From NCBI GenBank assembly GCA_963723515.1, contig CAVRQT010000003.1, positions 832,001 to 896,000 on the forward strand: a stretch of DNA of 64,000 nt, in the 5' to 3' direction. Each line of letters begins with the position of its first letter. The stretch's first letter is position 1. Shown piece after piece: positions 29,557-39,430 of this stretch. The notes under the pieces are model-generated. The model made no database searches and was not told the origin of the DNA. It saw only the letters and a list, made by a program, of their open reading frames with translations. Origin of the DNA: Vulcanimicrobiota bacterium. GTDB lineage: Bacteria > Vulcanimicrobiota > Vulcanimicrobiia > Vulcanimicrobiales > Vulcanimicrobiaceae. The translations under genes and the position numbers were made by a program.

Positions 29557-29990
29557 TGTCACCCTGAGCTTGTCGAAGGGCAGCTCTGATCGTGGGCGCT
29601 TCGACAGGCTCAGCATGACAGAATCGAACCACGTCGATCGGAGTGAAACGCCGCGGTCATTCTCAGCAGCGAATTAGTCCCGGTGCTGATCGACGGCGCC
29701 TCGGGCACTCAGTTTCGAAGCATGGCCTAAGTTGATCTGGCGCTAAGCGACGATCAATATCGCTTAGGCACAATCGCGTTACTCGCGATCACGGTAGTCA
29801 CTGTCACCCTGAGCTTGTCGAAGGCGCAGCTCTGATCGTGGGCGCGATTATGCCACGCCGATCGCGTCTGTCAAGATGGATCAGCTTAGACATGCTTCGA
29901 CAAGCTCAGCATGACACTAGGACTAACGCTAAAACGAGAGCATGACCGACTCTACTCATGCTTCGGCCCTTCGACAAGCTCAGGGTGACA
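29557..29990. repeat. Cluster of palindromic REP-like arms (2 left, 3 right)
   Basis: TGTCACCCTGAGCTTGTCGAAG at 29557 and 29802; CTTCGACA(A/G)GCTCAG(CA/GG)TGACA at 29599, 29895, 29969. Confidence 0.9.
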
Positions 29991-30023
29991 GAAAATTAGC
30001 AACACGTGACAATTATCGCGGCG

Positions 30024-30578
30024 TTAGAACGATCGCGGTAAGACAACCGCCAGGTTTCGGAGCGCGTCTTTCGCTTTGTCTTCGTCGATAATACCGACGT
30101 GGCCCGAAACCGACACGACTATTCCGCGCCGGCCGTCGATCGTCGCATATGCGTATTGCTGCATCGAATCGAACCCTTCGCCGTAGGCAAACTTGAACCA
30201 ATAAGCCGGCATTCCGTTGGGCAATCGCGTCAAGACTTTCTTGCTCACAAAGAGCCCGTCGATTTGGTTGCGCAAATCGTTTTCGACGATCTGTTCGAAA
30301 TCGTTGAGCCCGCTTGGAAAGAGCACCATCATGATCAAGATCGTGAGCTGATCTTCCTTACCCCGGTTGTGAACGTACGCCGCTACGGGCGAGAGATGCG
30401 GCTGCTCCGATAAATCAACAGGCGGCACGGTGACGGCATCAAAATCGGGCGGCGGCTGAAACCGCACCGTATCGTCGGTATAAAGCGGCGCATCTGCCCT
30501 TGCGGGCGCCGGATTAACAAGCCCTATTCCGCAAACAATTACGGCGCAGAGGCAGGCTGCCAGCGAAAAACGGTTCAT
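30024..30578 (-). CDS. Secreted hypothetical protein (possible PsbP/DcrB-like fold)
   Basis: Signal peptide ending PARA; ATGA overlap with the upstream esterase. Confidence 0.65.
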   Translation of the reverse strand: MNRFSLAACLCAVIVCGIGLVNPAPARADAPLYTDDTVRFQPPPDFDAVTVPPVDLSEQPHLSPVAAYVHNRGKEDQLTILIMMVLFPSGLNDFEQIVENDLRNQIDGLFVSKKVLTRLPNGMPAYWFKFAYGEGFDSMQQYAYATIDGRRGIVVSVSGHVGIIDEDKAKDALRNLAVVLPRSF

Positions 30579-31612
30579 TCCCTCTCCAAGATGTTCGTCA
30601 AGAGCGGCATCGATACCGCGTAACGATACCCGACATTGCGATGGTCGTCATCGAACTCTTCGTGGATGACCTTCAACCCGAAGTCGCGGACGCGCTGCGT
30701 AAAGACACGCGCTCCGATATCGAGCCCGTACTCATCGCGGCGGCCGCAGTCGAGGTAACGCAAGCGAAGCCTCTCCAGTTCCGGCTGCTTTGCTAGGCAC
30801 ATGTCCGCCGGATCGTGCGCGCGCCAGCGCGCGAATACTTCTTCCACGAGCTGGCCCGTTTTGCGATCGACCGGCAAATCCAAATCGAATGCCGTCGCGC
30901 TGTGCGGAGAATACGCAGAGGCGTATCCGAGCATTTCGATTGTCTGGTATTCGGCGGTTTGCCGCTTATTTTGCTCCTCGAAGTGCTCCACGAACTTGCG
31001 GATGTTCCAGTCAAATTTTTCCAGCGTCCGATGCAACGCCGGGAAAGCCGGTGGATGCGCATAGGTGAAATACGAGTCGCCGCTGTGCGAAGCAAATGCC
31101 GCAAAGGCTCCGGGGCGCGTCATGCACAAAAACAGCGATCCAAAGCCGCCCGACGACTTGCCGAGCACGGCGCGGCCTCCTTCGGCGGCGATCGTTCGGT
31201 ACGCGCGATCCACATGCGGAATCACTTCGTCGATAACATAGTCGGCATAGTTGCCGTTGTGCACCGAGTTCATGTATTGCGATCCGCCCAGGCGCGTGAA
31301 GCCGTCGACGATCGCGAGAATCGCAGGCGGCATCTTTTTCTCGCCGATCAACCGGTCGATCCACTGCACGACATTGGTCTCCCAAGGCCGCGCTGAGACG
31401 AGCGCCGCGACGTCCCCAGTATAGCCGTGCAAACAATACAGCGTTGGATAACGCTTGGAGGCTTCGGCATCGTACCGCTCCGGTAAATAGACCGCAATGG
31501 CGCGTTGCGAGGGGTCGCCCAATGGATTGTCGCGCAAGGCTGCGCTGTCGATAAAGTCGATACGAAGATCGCCCTCGAGACGCAAGAGCCGCGCAAGGTC
31601 TGATTGAGCCAT
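30575..31612 (-). CDS. Putative esterase (Fes/Antigen85-like alpha/beta hydrolase)
   Basis: AVYLP...YPTLYCLHG, GKSSGG nucleophile motif, DCGRRDE, EEFDDDH. Confidence 0.85.
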   Translation of the reverse strand: MAQSDLARLLRLEGDLRIDFIDSAALRDNPLGDPSQRAIAVYLPERYDAEASKRYPTLYCLHGYTGDVAALVSARPWETNVVQWIDRLIGEKKMPPAILAIVDGFTRLGGSQYMNSVHNGNYADYVIDEVIPHVDRAYRTIAAEGGRAVLGKSSGGFGSLFLCMTRPGAFAAFASHSGDSYFTYAHPPAFPALHRTLEKFDWNIRKFVEHFEEQNKRQTAEYQTIEMLGYASAYSPHSATAFDLDLPVDRKTGQLVEEVFARWRAHDPADMCLAKQPELERLRLRYLDCGRRDEYGLDIGARVFTQRVRDFGLKVIHEEFDDDHRNVGYRYAVSMPLLTNILERE

Positions 31613-31671
31613 GCCGGCGTCATTCTCCGCCGCGAGGGCCCACTCCGACCCCACCGAATCCGGAGCGCCAC

Positions 31672-34600
31672 ATGATTCGCGGTGTCGGATTGCGTGGCGC
31701 GATCTCCGTCAACATCATCACGATGATCGGGATCGGGCCGCTGATCACGATTCCGCTCGTCGTCGGCGCATTGCACGGCGGTCTCGCGATCGCCGGATGG
31801 GTGATCGGCGCGATCATTGCGCTTTGCGATGGACTCGTGTGGGCGGAGCTGAGCTCTCGCTATCCCGGTTCAGGCGGTACGTATGTCTATCTGCGCGAGG
31901 CGTTTGGGCGGAAAAGCTGGGGCCGGCTGTTCGCCTTCCTCTTCAATTGGCAGTTCTTCTTCTGTGCACCGCTGCTTCTCGCGAGCGGGTATATCGGATT
32001 CGCACAATACGCGAGCTATTTGTTTCCGCAACTCGGTGCAAATCTTGGACTGCAGCATCTTGTTGCGGCGGCGCTCGCGATTGTGGTTTTGGTGTTGCTC
32101 TATCGTCGCGTAACAACGGTGACGCTCATCGCAACCGCCCTTGCCATAACGGCGCTCATCACGCTTATCACCGTCATCGCAGCCGGCGCGCCTCATATTC
32201 ATGCGGCTGCCTTCTCGTCCCCGAAGCCGCCGAATGCAAGCGCTTTTATGCTTGCGCTCGGGACGGCGCTCGTCATCACTCTCTATGACTATGCCGGTTA
32301 CAATAGCGCAGCGCTCATCGGTGATGAGATCGTGGCGCCGGTGCGCACGATTCCGCGATCGATCGTGCTCTCAATTGCAATCATCGCGGCGCTCTACATC
32401 CTGCTTCAGGTTTCTGTCTTGAGCGTTGTTCCTTGGCCACAGATTGTCGCTTCAAAATCACAATTCGTTGCTGCCAGCGCGATCGAAAACGTTTGGGGCG
32501 CCGCCTCGGCGCGCGTGGTGACCGTACTGATCTTGATCACGGCGTTCGCCTCAACATATGGGGTTCTGCTCGGTTTTTCTCGCATTCCATATGCAGCGGC
32601 ACTTGACGACGAATTCTTTCCTGTGTTCGGCCGACTCCATCCGCGCGGCCGATTTCCATATGTCTCGCTGCTGGTAATCGGGCTTTTGGCGATTCCAGCG
32701 TGCTTTTTTACGCTTGATGCCGTCATCTCGTTTCTCATCGCGGGAATCGTGCTGATTCAATCGATCGCCCAGATCGCCGCCCTCTTGATCTTCCGAAGGC
32801 GGGAAGGGGCGGCTCCGTTTAGCATGTGGCTCTTTCCGATCCCGGCGATCGTCGCGCTGCTCGCTTGGCTTTTCATCTTCTACTCTTCCGGAAAGAGCGC
32901 GATGCTCTACGGAACGCTTACGTTGTTGGCGGGTGTCATCGCGTATCTGATCACGGCACGCGTTCAGCGACGGTGGCCGTTCTTGGTGACCGTGGCTCTC
33001 GTAGCGCTTTGCTGCACGGCCGGCCGGCCCGCAAACGCGGCAAGCTTCGGCTCGAGCGCCATCGTGCAGCGCAATGGTTATCCCATTTTCACCGTTGACG
33101 GTAAACCGTTCTTTATCTATGGCGCGGCGTTCTTTTACGAGCGCATTCCGCGGGGGCTCTGGCGACAATCGCTCGTGGCATACAAAGCGCTTGGAATCAA
33201 CACGATCGACCTCTACGTCATTTGGAATTGGCATGAATTGCACGACGGCGATTTTGATTTTACGGGACGCACGAATCCACGCCGCGATCTACGTGGACTT
33301 TTGCAGCTGATCCATCGTTTCGGATTTCATACGATTATCCGGCCCGGCCCCGTGATTCGCAATGAGTGGCGCAACGGCGGCTATCCGGCGTGGCTTCTGG
33401 AGCGCCCGGAATACAATATGCCGCTGCACGACGTGCTCGAAGGGCGCTATCCCGCAACGGCGACCTTGCAGAATGCGCATTCCGATCAAGCAGCCGCCGA
33501 ATGGATGAGCAACTCGACGCATCTCCGCTACGCCGATCGCTGGCTAAGACGTGCGTTGATGGAAGTCGCCCCGTGGGGACGAGATGTGCTTGCGATTGCG
33601 CTCGATGACGATCAAGGCGCGTATCTCAACAATCAAACGTGGCCCGCGGCAAATTTTCAAGCCTACCTTCATCATCTGGCCGGCACGGTGCGATCGGTGG
33701 CCGGGACATCGATTCCGCTCTTCATCAACACATATCAGATGAAGGTCACCGCGTCGGCGCCGGTTTGGGCGTGGGGCAACTGGTATCAAAGCGAGGCATA
33801 TCATCTCGGCGAGCACGACCGTCGCGAGTTAGAGTTTTCCACTGCGCTCCTTGCGACGCAACCGCATCTTCCCGTTATGCAGAGCGAATTTCAAGCCGGC
33901 TGGCTGCAGGGTCCCGATCAGGCGCATCCGCGGCGTGTTGCTCCGGAAAACACCGCACTTGCTTTACACACCTTGCTCCAGTCAGGGACGCGCGGCATCG
34001 TCAACTTTCCGGTTCAAGATACTGTCTATCCCAGCGGCTGGGAAGTGCCGTTTGCGAATGCCTCCTACGCCTGGGATGCGGCTCTCACACTCGACGGACG
34101 GCACAATGCACGGTACCGCCCGACGATGGAGTTCGGGCAGTTGATTTCCAAGTACGGAAGACTTCTCGCGCAGACACATCGCGTTGCGGACGCCGCGATT
34201 GCCTATACCGTTAGCGCGTATGACCCCTTACAACTCAACGATGTTCGGCTTGACCAGGCTGTTACCGCGACCCGCGACGCCCTCACGGATTGCCGCACTC
34301 TGCGCCTAAGCTGCGATCTCGTCGATTTGCGGTACGCAAAGGATCGCGACTTGGAGCCTTACCGCTACCTTGTCGTGCCTCTCGTCAACGCATTGCCGTT
34401 GCAAGCAGCGATCTCAGCGAAACTCAAGCGGCTTGCGCCGCGTGTGCATATCGTCAGCTCGGTCGTCGAGGTGCATCCAGCAAAGCGTGCGGTCAATATC
34501 GCCAATGCCGTATTAAGTGTCAGCAGCGGGAAAGAACCGTTCGGCTTTCTCGATATCGTCAATTACGATCTGCGGCCTCGCTCAACAGGGCCAATACGGA

Positions 34601-35580
34601 TGCAACTCACACCAGCCAAGCAAGTGCGTCTTCCATCGGTTCGCCTCGCGGGCGCATCCGGTCTGTTGATTCCGATCAATCTCAGGCCATCAGATGTTGC
34701 GCAAAAAATCGCGGCACGACCAAGCGGACCGCCGACGCAACGACCTTGCCTTCAACCAGCGGCGCTGCTCTTTGCCGGCATCTGTTGGCGACTGCCGCCG
34801 ATCCGTTCCACAGCAGCCGCTCCAAGTGTGCCAATCGCGCGCCGCGTCGATGTAACGCAAGACGGCGAACCGTGGATCCTCCTCGCGAACCCAACGGCCA
34901 CCCTTGGCATCGCCCCGTTAGCCGGTGCGCGAGCGTTCGTCTTTCAAAATGGCCAAAGCGATGCATTTACGTCCACCGGTGCACTGCGTGACGACGTTGA
35001 TCCCGCACCAACGCCGTCGGCCCGAGACTACATCAGCACGTACACACATCAATTTCCGGCCGGTACCTTCAATCGTGCCTATGACTGTCGGATTCTCAAG
35101 GATGGCGCTCAGACAGCGTGCATGTATTTCGCGCCCGACCTCGGCACGCACTTTGAGCGGGCGATCACCATGCAACCAAAATCGCCGGCCTTTACATTAC
35201 GACTGCGCATGACGTCATCGGACCCGAAAAAACGAGGCGTGTTGCTGAGTGCGCTTTCGATCTCGAGCGCACTATCGCAATTCGTATCAGGAGCAATCAG
35301 CCGCTACACAGCGGGGGCAACGACTCCCGTCATGGACGGCGCTTTTGGATTCTACGATCCGACGACGCGAAAAGTGGCAACGGTCTGCTGGCCGCCACAA
35401 GAGCCGTTACAAGTCAACGTCGATGAGAAACCGGACGCAGCGATCGTGCGAGTCGTCTACCCTCCGGACACTTGGCAGAGCATCACGTTCGGCTATTATG
35501 CGGTTGCTGATCTTACCCAAGCGCGCAGCGTTGTTCAAGAGCTAAAAGGACGCGCATGCGTCGACGCGAACGGGCGGTAA
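31672..35580 (+). CDS. Fusion of APC-family permease, GH35 glycosidase and C-terminal beta-sandwich
   Basis: MIGIGP, WAELSSRYPGSGGTYVYL (APC); INTIDLYVIWNWHE, FDFTG, RPGPVIRNEWRNGGYPAWL, SEFQAGW (GH35); uninterrupted 1302-aa ORF. Confidence 0.85.
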   Translation: MIRGVGLRGAISVNIITMIGIGPLITIPLVVGALHGGLAIAGWVIGAIIALCDGLVWAELSSRYPGSGGTYVYLREAFGRKSWGRLFAFLFNWQFFFCAPLLLASGYIGFAQYASYLFPQLGANLGLQHLVAAALAIVVLVLLYRRVTTVTLIATALAITALITLITVIAAGAPHIHAAAFSSPKPPNASAFMLALGTALVITLYDYAGYNSAALIGDEIVAPVRTIPRSIVLSIAIIAALYILLQVSVLSVVPWPQIVASKSQFVAASAIENVWGAASARVVTVLILITAFASTYGVLLGFSRIPYAAALDDEFFPVFGRLHPRGRFPYVSLLVIGLLAIPACFFTLDAVISFLIAGIVLIQSIAQIAALLIFRRREGAAPFSMWLFPIPAIVALLAWLFIFYSSGKSAMLYGTLTLLAGVIAYLITARVQRRWPFLVTVALVALCCTAGRPANAASFGSSAIVQRNGYPIFTVDGKPFFIYGAAFFYERIPRGLWRQSLVAYKALGINTIDLYVIWNWHELHDGDFDFTGRTNPRRDLRGLLQLIHRFGFHTIIRPGPVIRNEWRNGGYPAWLLERPEYNMPLHDVLEGRYPATATLQNAHSDQAAAEWMSNSTHLRYADRWLRRALMEVAPWGRDVLAIALDDDQGAYLNNQTWPAANFQAYLHHLAGTVRSVAGTSIPLFINTYQMKVTASAPVWAWGNWYQSEAYHLGEHDRRELEFSTALLATQPHLPVMQSEFQAGWLQGPDQAHPRRVAPENTALALHTLLQSGTRGIVNFPVQDTVYPSGWEVPFANASYAWDAALTLDGRHNARYRPTMEFGQLISKYGRLLAQTHRVADAAIAYTVSAYDPLQLNDVRLDQAVTATRDALTDCRTLRLSCDLVDLRYAKDRDLEPYRYLVVPLVNALPLQAAISAKLKRLAPRVHIVSSVVEVHPAKRAVNIANAVLSVSSGKEPFGFLDIVNYDLRPRSTGPIRMQLTPAKQVRLPSVRLAGASGLLIPINLRPSDVAQKIAARPSGPPTQRPCLQPAALLFAGICWRLPPIRSTAAAPSVPIARRVDVTQDGEPWILLANPTATLGIAPLAGARAFVFQNGQSDAFTSTGALRDDVDPAPTPSARDYISTYTHQFPAGTFNRAYDCRILKDGAQTACMYFAPDLGTHFERAITMQPKSPAFTLRLRMTSSDPKKRGVLLSALSISSALSQFVSGAISRYTAGATTPVMDGAFGFYDPTTRKVATVCWPPQEPLQVNVDEKPDAAIVRVVYPPDTWQSITFGYYAVADLTQARSVVQELKGRACVDANGR

Positions 35581-35587
35581 GCCGTTA

Positions 35588-35669
35588 GGGGAAGTGGCGG
35601 AACGGTAGACGCAGCCGCCTCAAAAGCGGCCGAGCAAAACTCGTGTGGGTTCAAATCCCACCTTCCCCA
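35588..35669 (+). tRNA. tRNA-Leu(CAA)
   Basis: GGGGAAG/CTTCCCC acceptor, GCCGC-CTCAAAA-GCGGC anticodon arm, variable arm. Confidence 0.96.
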
Positions 35670-35680
35670 GGGCACGAATT

Positions 35681-36970
35681 TTGACTTCAGACGTTGAACG
35701 AACGGTTATCTTTAGTCGGCGGCCGCTGCACGGCAACCTACGTGTGCCCGGCGACAAGTCGATTTCGCATCGGGCTTTGATCGTCGGCGCGGCGCTCTCC
35801 GAGCCGCTTCAAATACAAAATCTCAATACGGGCGCCGATGTTCTTGCAACCGCAGATGCGCTGCGAGCGCTCGGGGCCGCTATCTCGCTCGATGGTCAAT
35901 CAGCGACGGTAACGCCCGCGCATTTGCATGACGCCGCCGAAACGATTGACTGCCGAAATTCTGCTTCAACGGCACGGATGGTTCTGGGTGTTTGCGCCGG
36001 CGCAAATCTCAACGCACGGTTTGACGGCGACGCTGCCTTGCGCCGGCGGCCCATGGAACCGGTGGCTGCGCAGCTGCGCGCTTTTGGCGCACGGATTGAA
36101 ACGGACGAAGGTCTTCTCCCCGTCACGATTTCCGGCACACCGTCAATTCAGACCCGCGACTTTATCCTTTTAGCGCCCTCGGCTCAAATCAAGTCGGCGC
36201 TTCTCTTCGCGGCGCTCTTTGCAAAGACCGCGATCTCAATTGTCAATGACGCAGGCTCCAGAGACCACACCGAGCGCCTCCTGGAGAGTTTCGGTGCCAA
36301 TATTCGCTACGATCGCCGCGCCGTTGAATTCCAACCCGGTGCCTTAAAGGCGAGAACGCTGCAGATTCCGGGCGATTTTTCGGCCGCCGCATTCTTTATT
36401 GCCGGCGCGACGATCGCTCCGGGAAGCGCAATCGTGGTGGAAGACATTGGCGTCAATCCGACGCGCACAGGCCTCGTTGATGCGCTGAACGGAATGGGCG
36501 CCTCCATTTCACTCTTCAACGAGCGCGAATGGAACAATGAGCCTGTCGCCGACATTCGCGTCGAAGCCGCCTTCTTGCGGGGCGCTTCAATCGGCTCAGA
36601 GGTTGCCGCCCGCGCCATTGATGATATCCCGGCGCTTGCCGCGGCGGCCGCACGCGCTACTGGGGTCACACGAATCGCCGGGCTGCGCAGCTTGCGAGAA
36701 AAAGAGTCCGACCGGCTAGCCGTCATTGCGCGCCTGTTGGAGCAACTTGGGATCACGGTCGAAGCGGGCGCCGACGATCTGACAATTACCGGCAACCACG
36801 AAGGGCTACGAGTTGAACCTGTGCTCGTTGATACGGACGGCGATCATCGTATCGCGATGGTTGCTGCGCCGCTAGCCGCTGCAACAGGGCCCGTGATGAT
36901 CGATGATGCGGCGGTGCCGGATGTCAGTTTTCCAAATTTTGCCGACGCGTGGAACGCGGCGCAGAGCTAG
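35681..36970 (+). CDS. aroA: EPSP synthase
   Basis: VPGDKSISHRA, RRPM, SAQIKSA, RDHTER, PGDFSAA, LREKESDRL, DHRIAM. Confidence 0.95.
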   Translation: MTSDVERTVIFSRRPLHGNLRVPGDKSISHRALIVGAALSEPLQIQNLNTGADVLATADALRALGAAISLDGQSATVTPAHLHDAAETIDCRNSASTARMVLGVCAGANLNARFDGDAALRRRPMEPVAAQLRAFGARIETDEGLLPVTISGTPSIQTRDFILLAPSAQIKSALLFAALFAKTAISIVNDAGSRDHTERLLESFGANIRYDRRAVEFQPGALKARTLQIPGDFSAAAFFIAGATIAPGSAIVVEDIGVNPTRTGLVDALNGMGASISLFNEREWNNEPVADIRVEAAFLRGASIGSEVAARAIDDIPALAAAAARATGVTRIAGLRSLREKESDRLAVIARLLEQLGITVEAGADDLTITGNHEGLRVEPVLVDTDGDHRIAMVAAPLAAATGPVMIDDAAVPDVSFPNFADAWNAAQS

Positions 36971-37299
36971 CGCAAAACTTCTAACAGATCTCGATACGAG
37001 TTCTCGATCGAGGTAATGTCAGCGGAGAAGGAGAGCCGGCGAAACTCCGCGAGCGATGTTGTCAGTTTATCTTGCGCCTCTTTCAGCACCGCGAGCTGCG
37101 CTTGTAGTTCACCAATCGAGTGGTTGAGGCGCTGCAGGTCGCCTGAGGAATTTTTCACCGCGGTCATCACCGGCGATTCCTTGATCGCATCGACGTGTCG
37201 CTTGATCTGCTTGACGCGTCCTAACAGCCAAATCGCCGTAATTGCAAGCCACACGACGACCGCAACGATGAGGATAACGACCGCCCATGTCACTGTCAC
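36967..37299 (-). CDS. Small membrane-anchored coiled-coil protein
   Basis: N-terminal TM then heptad pattern; GTGA overlap with upstream gene. Confidence 0.6.
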   Translation of the reverse strand: MTVTWAVVILIVAVVVWLAITAIWLLGRVKQIKRHVDAIKESPVMTAVKNSSGDLQRLNHSIGELQAQLAVLKEAQDKLTTSLAEFRRLSFSADITSIENSYRDLLEVLR

Positions 37300-37619
37300 G
37301 CCGCCGATTCCTTCGAGCCGCCGGATTTAGGTTCCGATTTTGAATCAGCGCTCTTTGTGTCGCCGGTTTTTGTGTCGCTGCTCTTCGTTTCGCCGCTTTT
37401 CGATTCTGAAGGCTGCTTGGAGGTGGTCTTCTCTTGCGTTGCTTTGCGTGAGTCGGTGATGTAAAAGCCTGAGCCCTTGAAGACGATGCCGGCGGGGTTG
37501 AAAAGCCGTTTCAGCTCGCCACCGCAGTGGGGACACGGGTCGCTATGCCGCTCGTCAAACCCGTGGCGCACCTCAGTAATTTTCTGGCAATTGGCGCATT
37601 CGTAATCGTAAAGGGGCAT
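37296..37619 (-). CDS. FmdB family zinc-ribbon protein
   Basis: MPLYDYECANC...CPHCGG...FKGSGFYITD. Confidence 0.92.
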   Translation of the reverse strand: MPLYDYECANCQKITEVRHGFDERHSDPCPHCGGELKRLFNPAGIVFKGSGFYITDSRKATQEKTTSKQPSESKSGETKSSDTKTGDTKSADSKSEPKSGGSKESAA

Positions 37620-37637
37620 TACGCGCTAAAGTTGCCT

Positions 37638-38117
37638 TTAGAAGTCCGCAAGTAAGGCGTCCGGGTGGCGCTCGAATTCCACCAGACCTTTGAAATGCGC
37701 GAGCGAATCGACCAGAGCAGTCGCAAGCTTTCGTCTCGCGGTGATGCGGTCGATTAGCGCCGCAATTCTTCCGCCGTAGGCCGGGTAGTCCAAGCGCAGG
37801 ACGATCTTCGAGGTCTTCGATTTGCGCTCGATTCGAAAATCGAGACGTCGTCGAACCGAGTACGCTCCTACGAGCGAAAGAAAATAATTTTGTATGTACT
37901 GATCGACTTCGAAGAGCTGCTCGCGTTCACCCGGGATCGTCGAACGCAGCACGACCTCCGAGCCCGCTTCCAACGGCTTCTTCGGATCCGCTAAACGCGC
38001 ACTTCGCAGGAATGAAAGCCAAACCGGCCACTTTGCGATCTCGCAGATTAATCCGAACGCTTTCTCCGCATCCGAATGCACATCGACGGCATATGTAAGC
38101 GGCTTCATCGTCGTCAT
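37638..38117 (-). CDS. SRPBCC (polyketide cyclase/dehydrase-like) protein
   Basis: AEKAFGLICEIAKWPVW start and C-terminal helix LAHFKGLVE. Confidence 0.65.
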   Translation of the reverse strand: MTTMKPLTYAVDVHSDAEKAFGLICEIAKWPVWLSFLRSARLADPKKPLEAGSEVVLRSTIPGEREQLFEVDQYIQNYFLSLVGAYSVRRRLDFRIERKSKTSKIVLRLDYPAYGGRIAALIDRITARRKLATALVDSLAHFKGLVEFERHPDALLADF

Positions 38118-38160
38118 GCTCAACCGTTTTTCGAAGCGCTTGCGTTTCGCCCTTCCACAA

Positions 38161-39342
38161 CTATTCCACAACTGGTTGTGGAATGATCGAGCGATCGCAG
38201 ACGCCGATCGCAAATTTCGCCAGCGTCTCGACGCCTATCGGCAATGCCGCTTCATCAACGCGAAATTTCGAACTATGACCGGCGACGTCGGTCCCCTTTG
38301 CCTCATTCCGAATTCCAAGGCGAATCGCGAGCCCGGGCACACGCTGCGCGTAATACGCAAAATCTTCGCCGCCCATCGTCGGAGGCGGGTGAACGATTCC
38401 GACGTTGGAATGGCCGCGCATGTACTGCGCGAAGTCGTTTGCAAGCTGGCGGTTATTGACGACCGGCGGATATCCGTGATCGAGTTTGAAACGAACCCCC
38501 ACACCGTACGCATCGGCGACGCCTTCTAAGATGCGCCGCGCACGCTTTTCGAGGGCGTCGCGCACATCGGTGTCATGCGAACGAAATGTTCCCGTCAATT
38601 CGACGCGATCCGCGATGATATTATTCCGATAGCCGCCGACGATCGTTCCGATGCTGACGACAACACTCTTCAGCGGATCGGTTTCGCGCGCCGCGATGTT
38701 CTGCATGGCGAGCACCATTGCCGCAGCCGCGGGAATCGCGTCTGCAGCCAAATGTGGGTGCGCGCCGTGACCGCCGCGTCCAACGACGGTGATCGCAAAT
38801 TCATCGGTCGCCGCATTCACCGCACCGGGCGTGATGCCGATCGTTCCCGTTTCTATCCTCGGATCGACATGCAGCATTGCAATGGCACACACCGGGGGAT
38901 CCTCTAGTACGCCCGCCTCAATCATCGGAAGCGCGCCCCCGGGACCTTCCTCCGCTGGTTGAAACAGACAAACGACCGTTCCGTGAAGATCCGCTCGTTG
39001 TGCTTGCAAGGTGCGCGCGGCGCCGAGCAACATTGCAGTATGCGCATCGTGACCGCATGCATGCATCACGCCGGGACTTTCCGACGTGAACGGTTCACCG
39101 GTTTCTTCGGTGATCGGTAACGCATCCATGTCGGCGCGTAGCCCAACCGCGGGGCCGCCATCGTGACCTCGAATGACCGCGACGACCCCTGTCTTAGCGA
39201 CTCTGCGGTACTCGATCCCCAGTTGCGTCAGCTCTTCCTCGACGAGAGCCGCCGTCTTTTCTTCCTGAAAGCCCAGCTCGGGGTGGCGGTGAATTTCGCG
39301 GCGCAACTCAACAACGCGCGTTAGCGTATCGTTGACAATCAT
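38161..39342 (-). CDS. M20 family amidohydrolase
   Basis: RREIHRHPELGFQE, RADMDALP, MHACGHDAH, FQPAEEG, GGHGAHPH, GGEDF. Confidence 0.93.
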   Translation of the reverse strand: MIVNDTLTRVVELRREIHRHPELGFQEEKTAALVEEELTQLGIEYRRVAKTGVVAVIRGHDGGPAVGLRADMDALPITEETGEPFTSESPGVMHACGHDAHTAMLLGAARTLQAQRADLHGTVVCLFQPAEEGPGGALPMIEAGVLEDPPVCAIAMLHVDPRIETGTIGITPGAVNAATDEFAITVVGRGGHGAHPHLAADAIPAAAAMVLAMQNIAARETDPLKSVVVSIGTIVGGYRNNIIADRVELTGTFRSHDTDVRDALEKRARRILEGVADAYGVGVRFKLDHGYPPVVNNRQLANDFAQYMRGHSNVGIVHPPPTMGGEDFAYYAQRVPGLAIRLGIRNEAKGTDVAGHSSKFRVDEAALPIGVETLAKFAIGVCDRSIIPQPVVE

Positions 39343-39430
39343 ACGCACTTGTCGCACGTCATGCTAGGCGCCATGCGGGCGACCTTATCCAGCGGTAAAG
39401 AGGACGCCTTTTCGCGAATTTCAAGCGATC

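Noticed and set aside
29557..29990. CRISPR array
   Set aside because: Repeats alternate in orientation, spacing is irregular, copies are dispersed through the window, and there are no cas genes.
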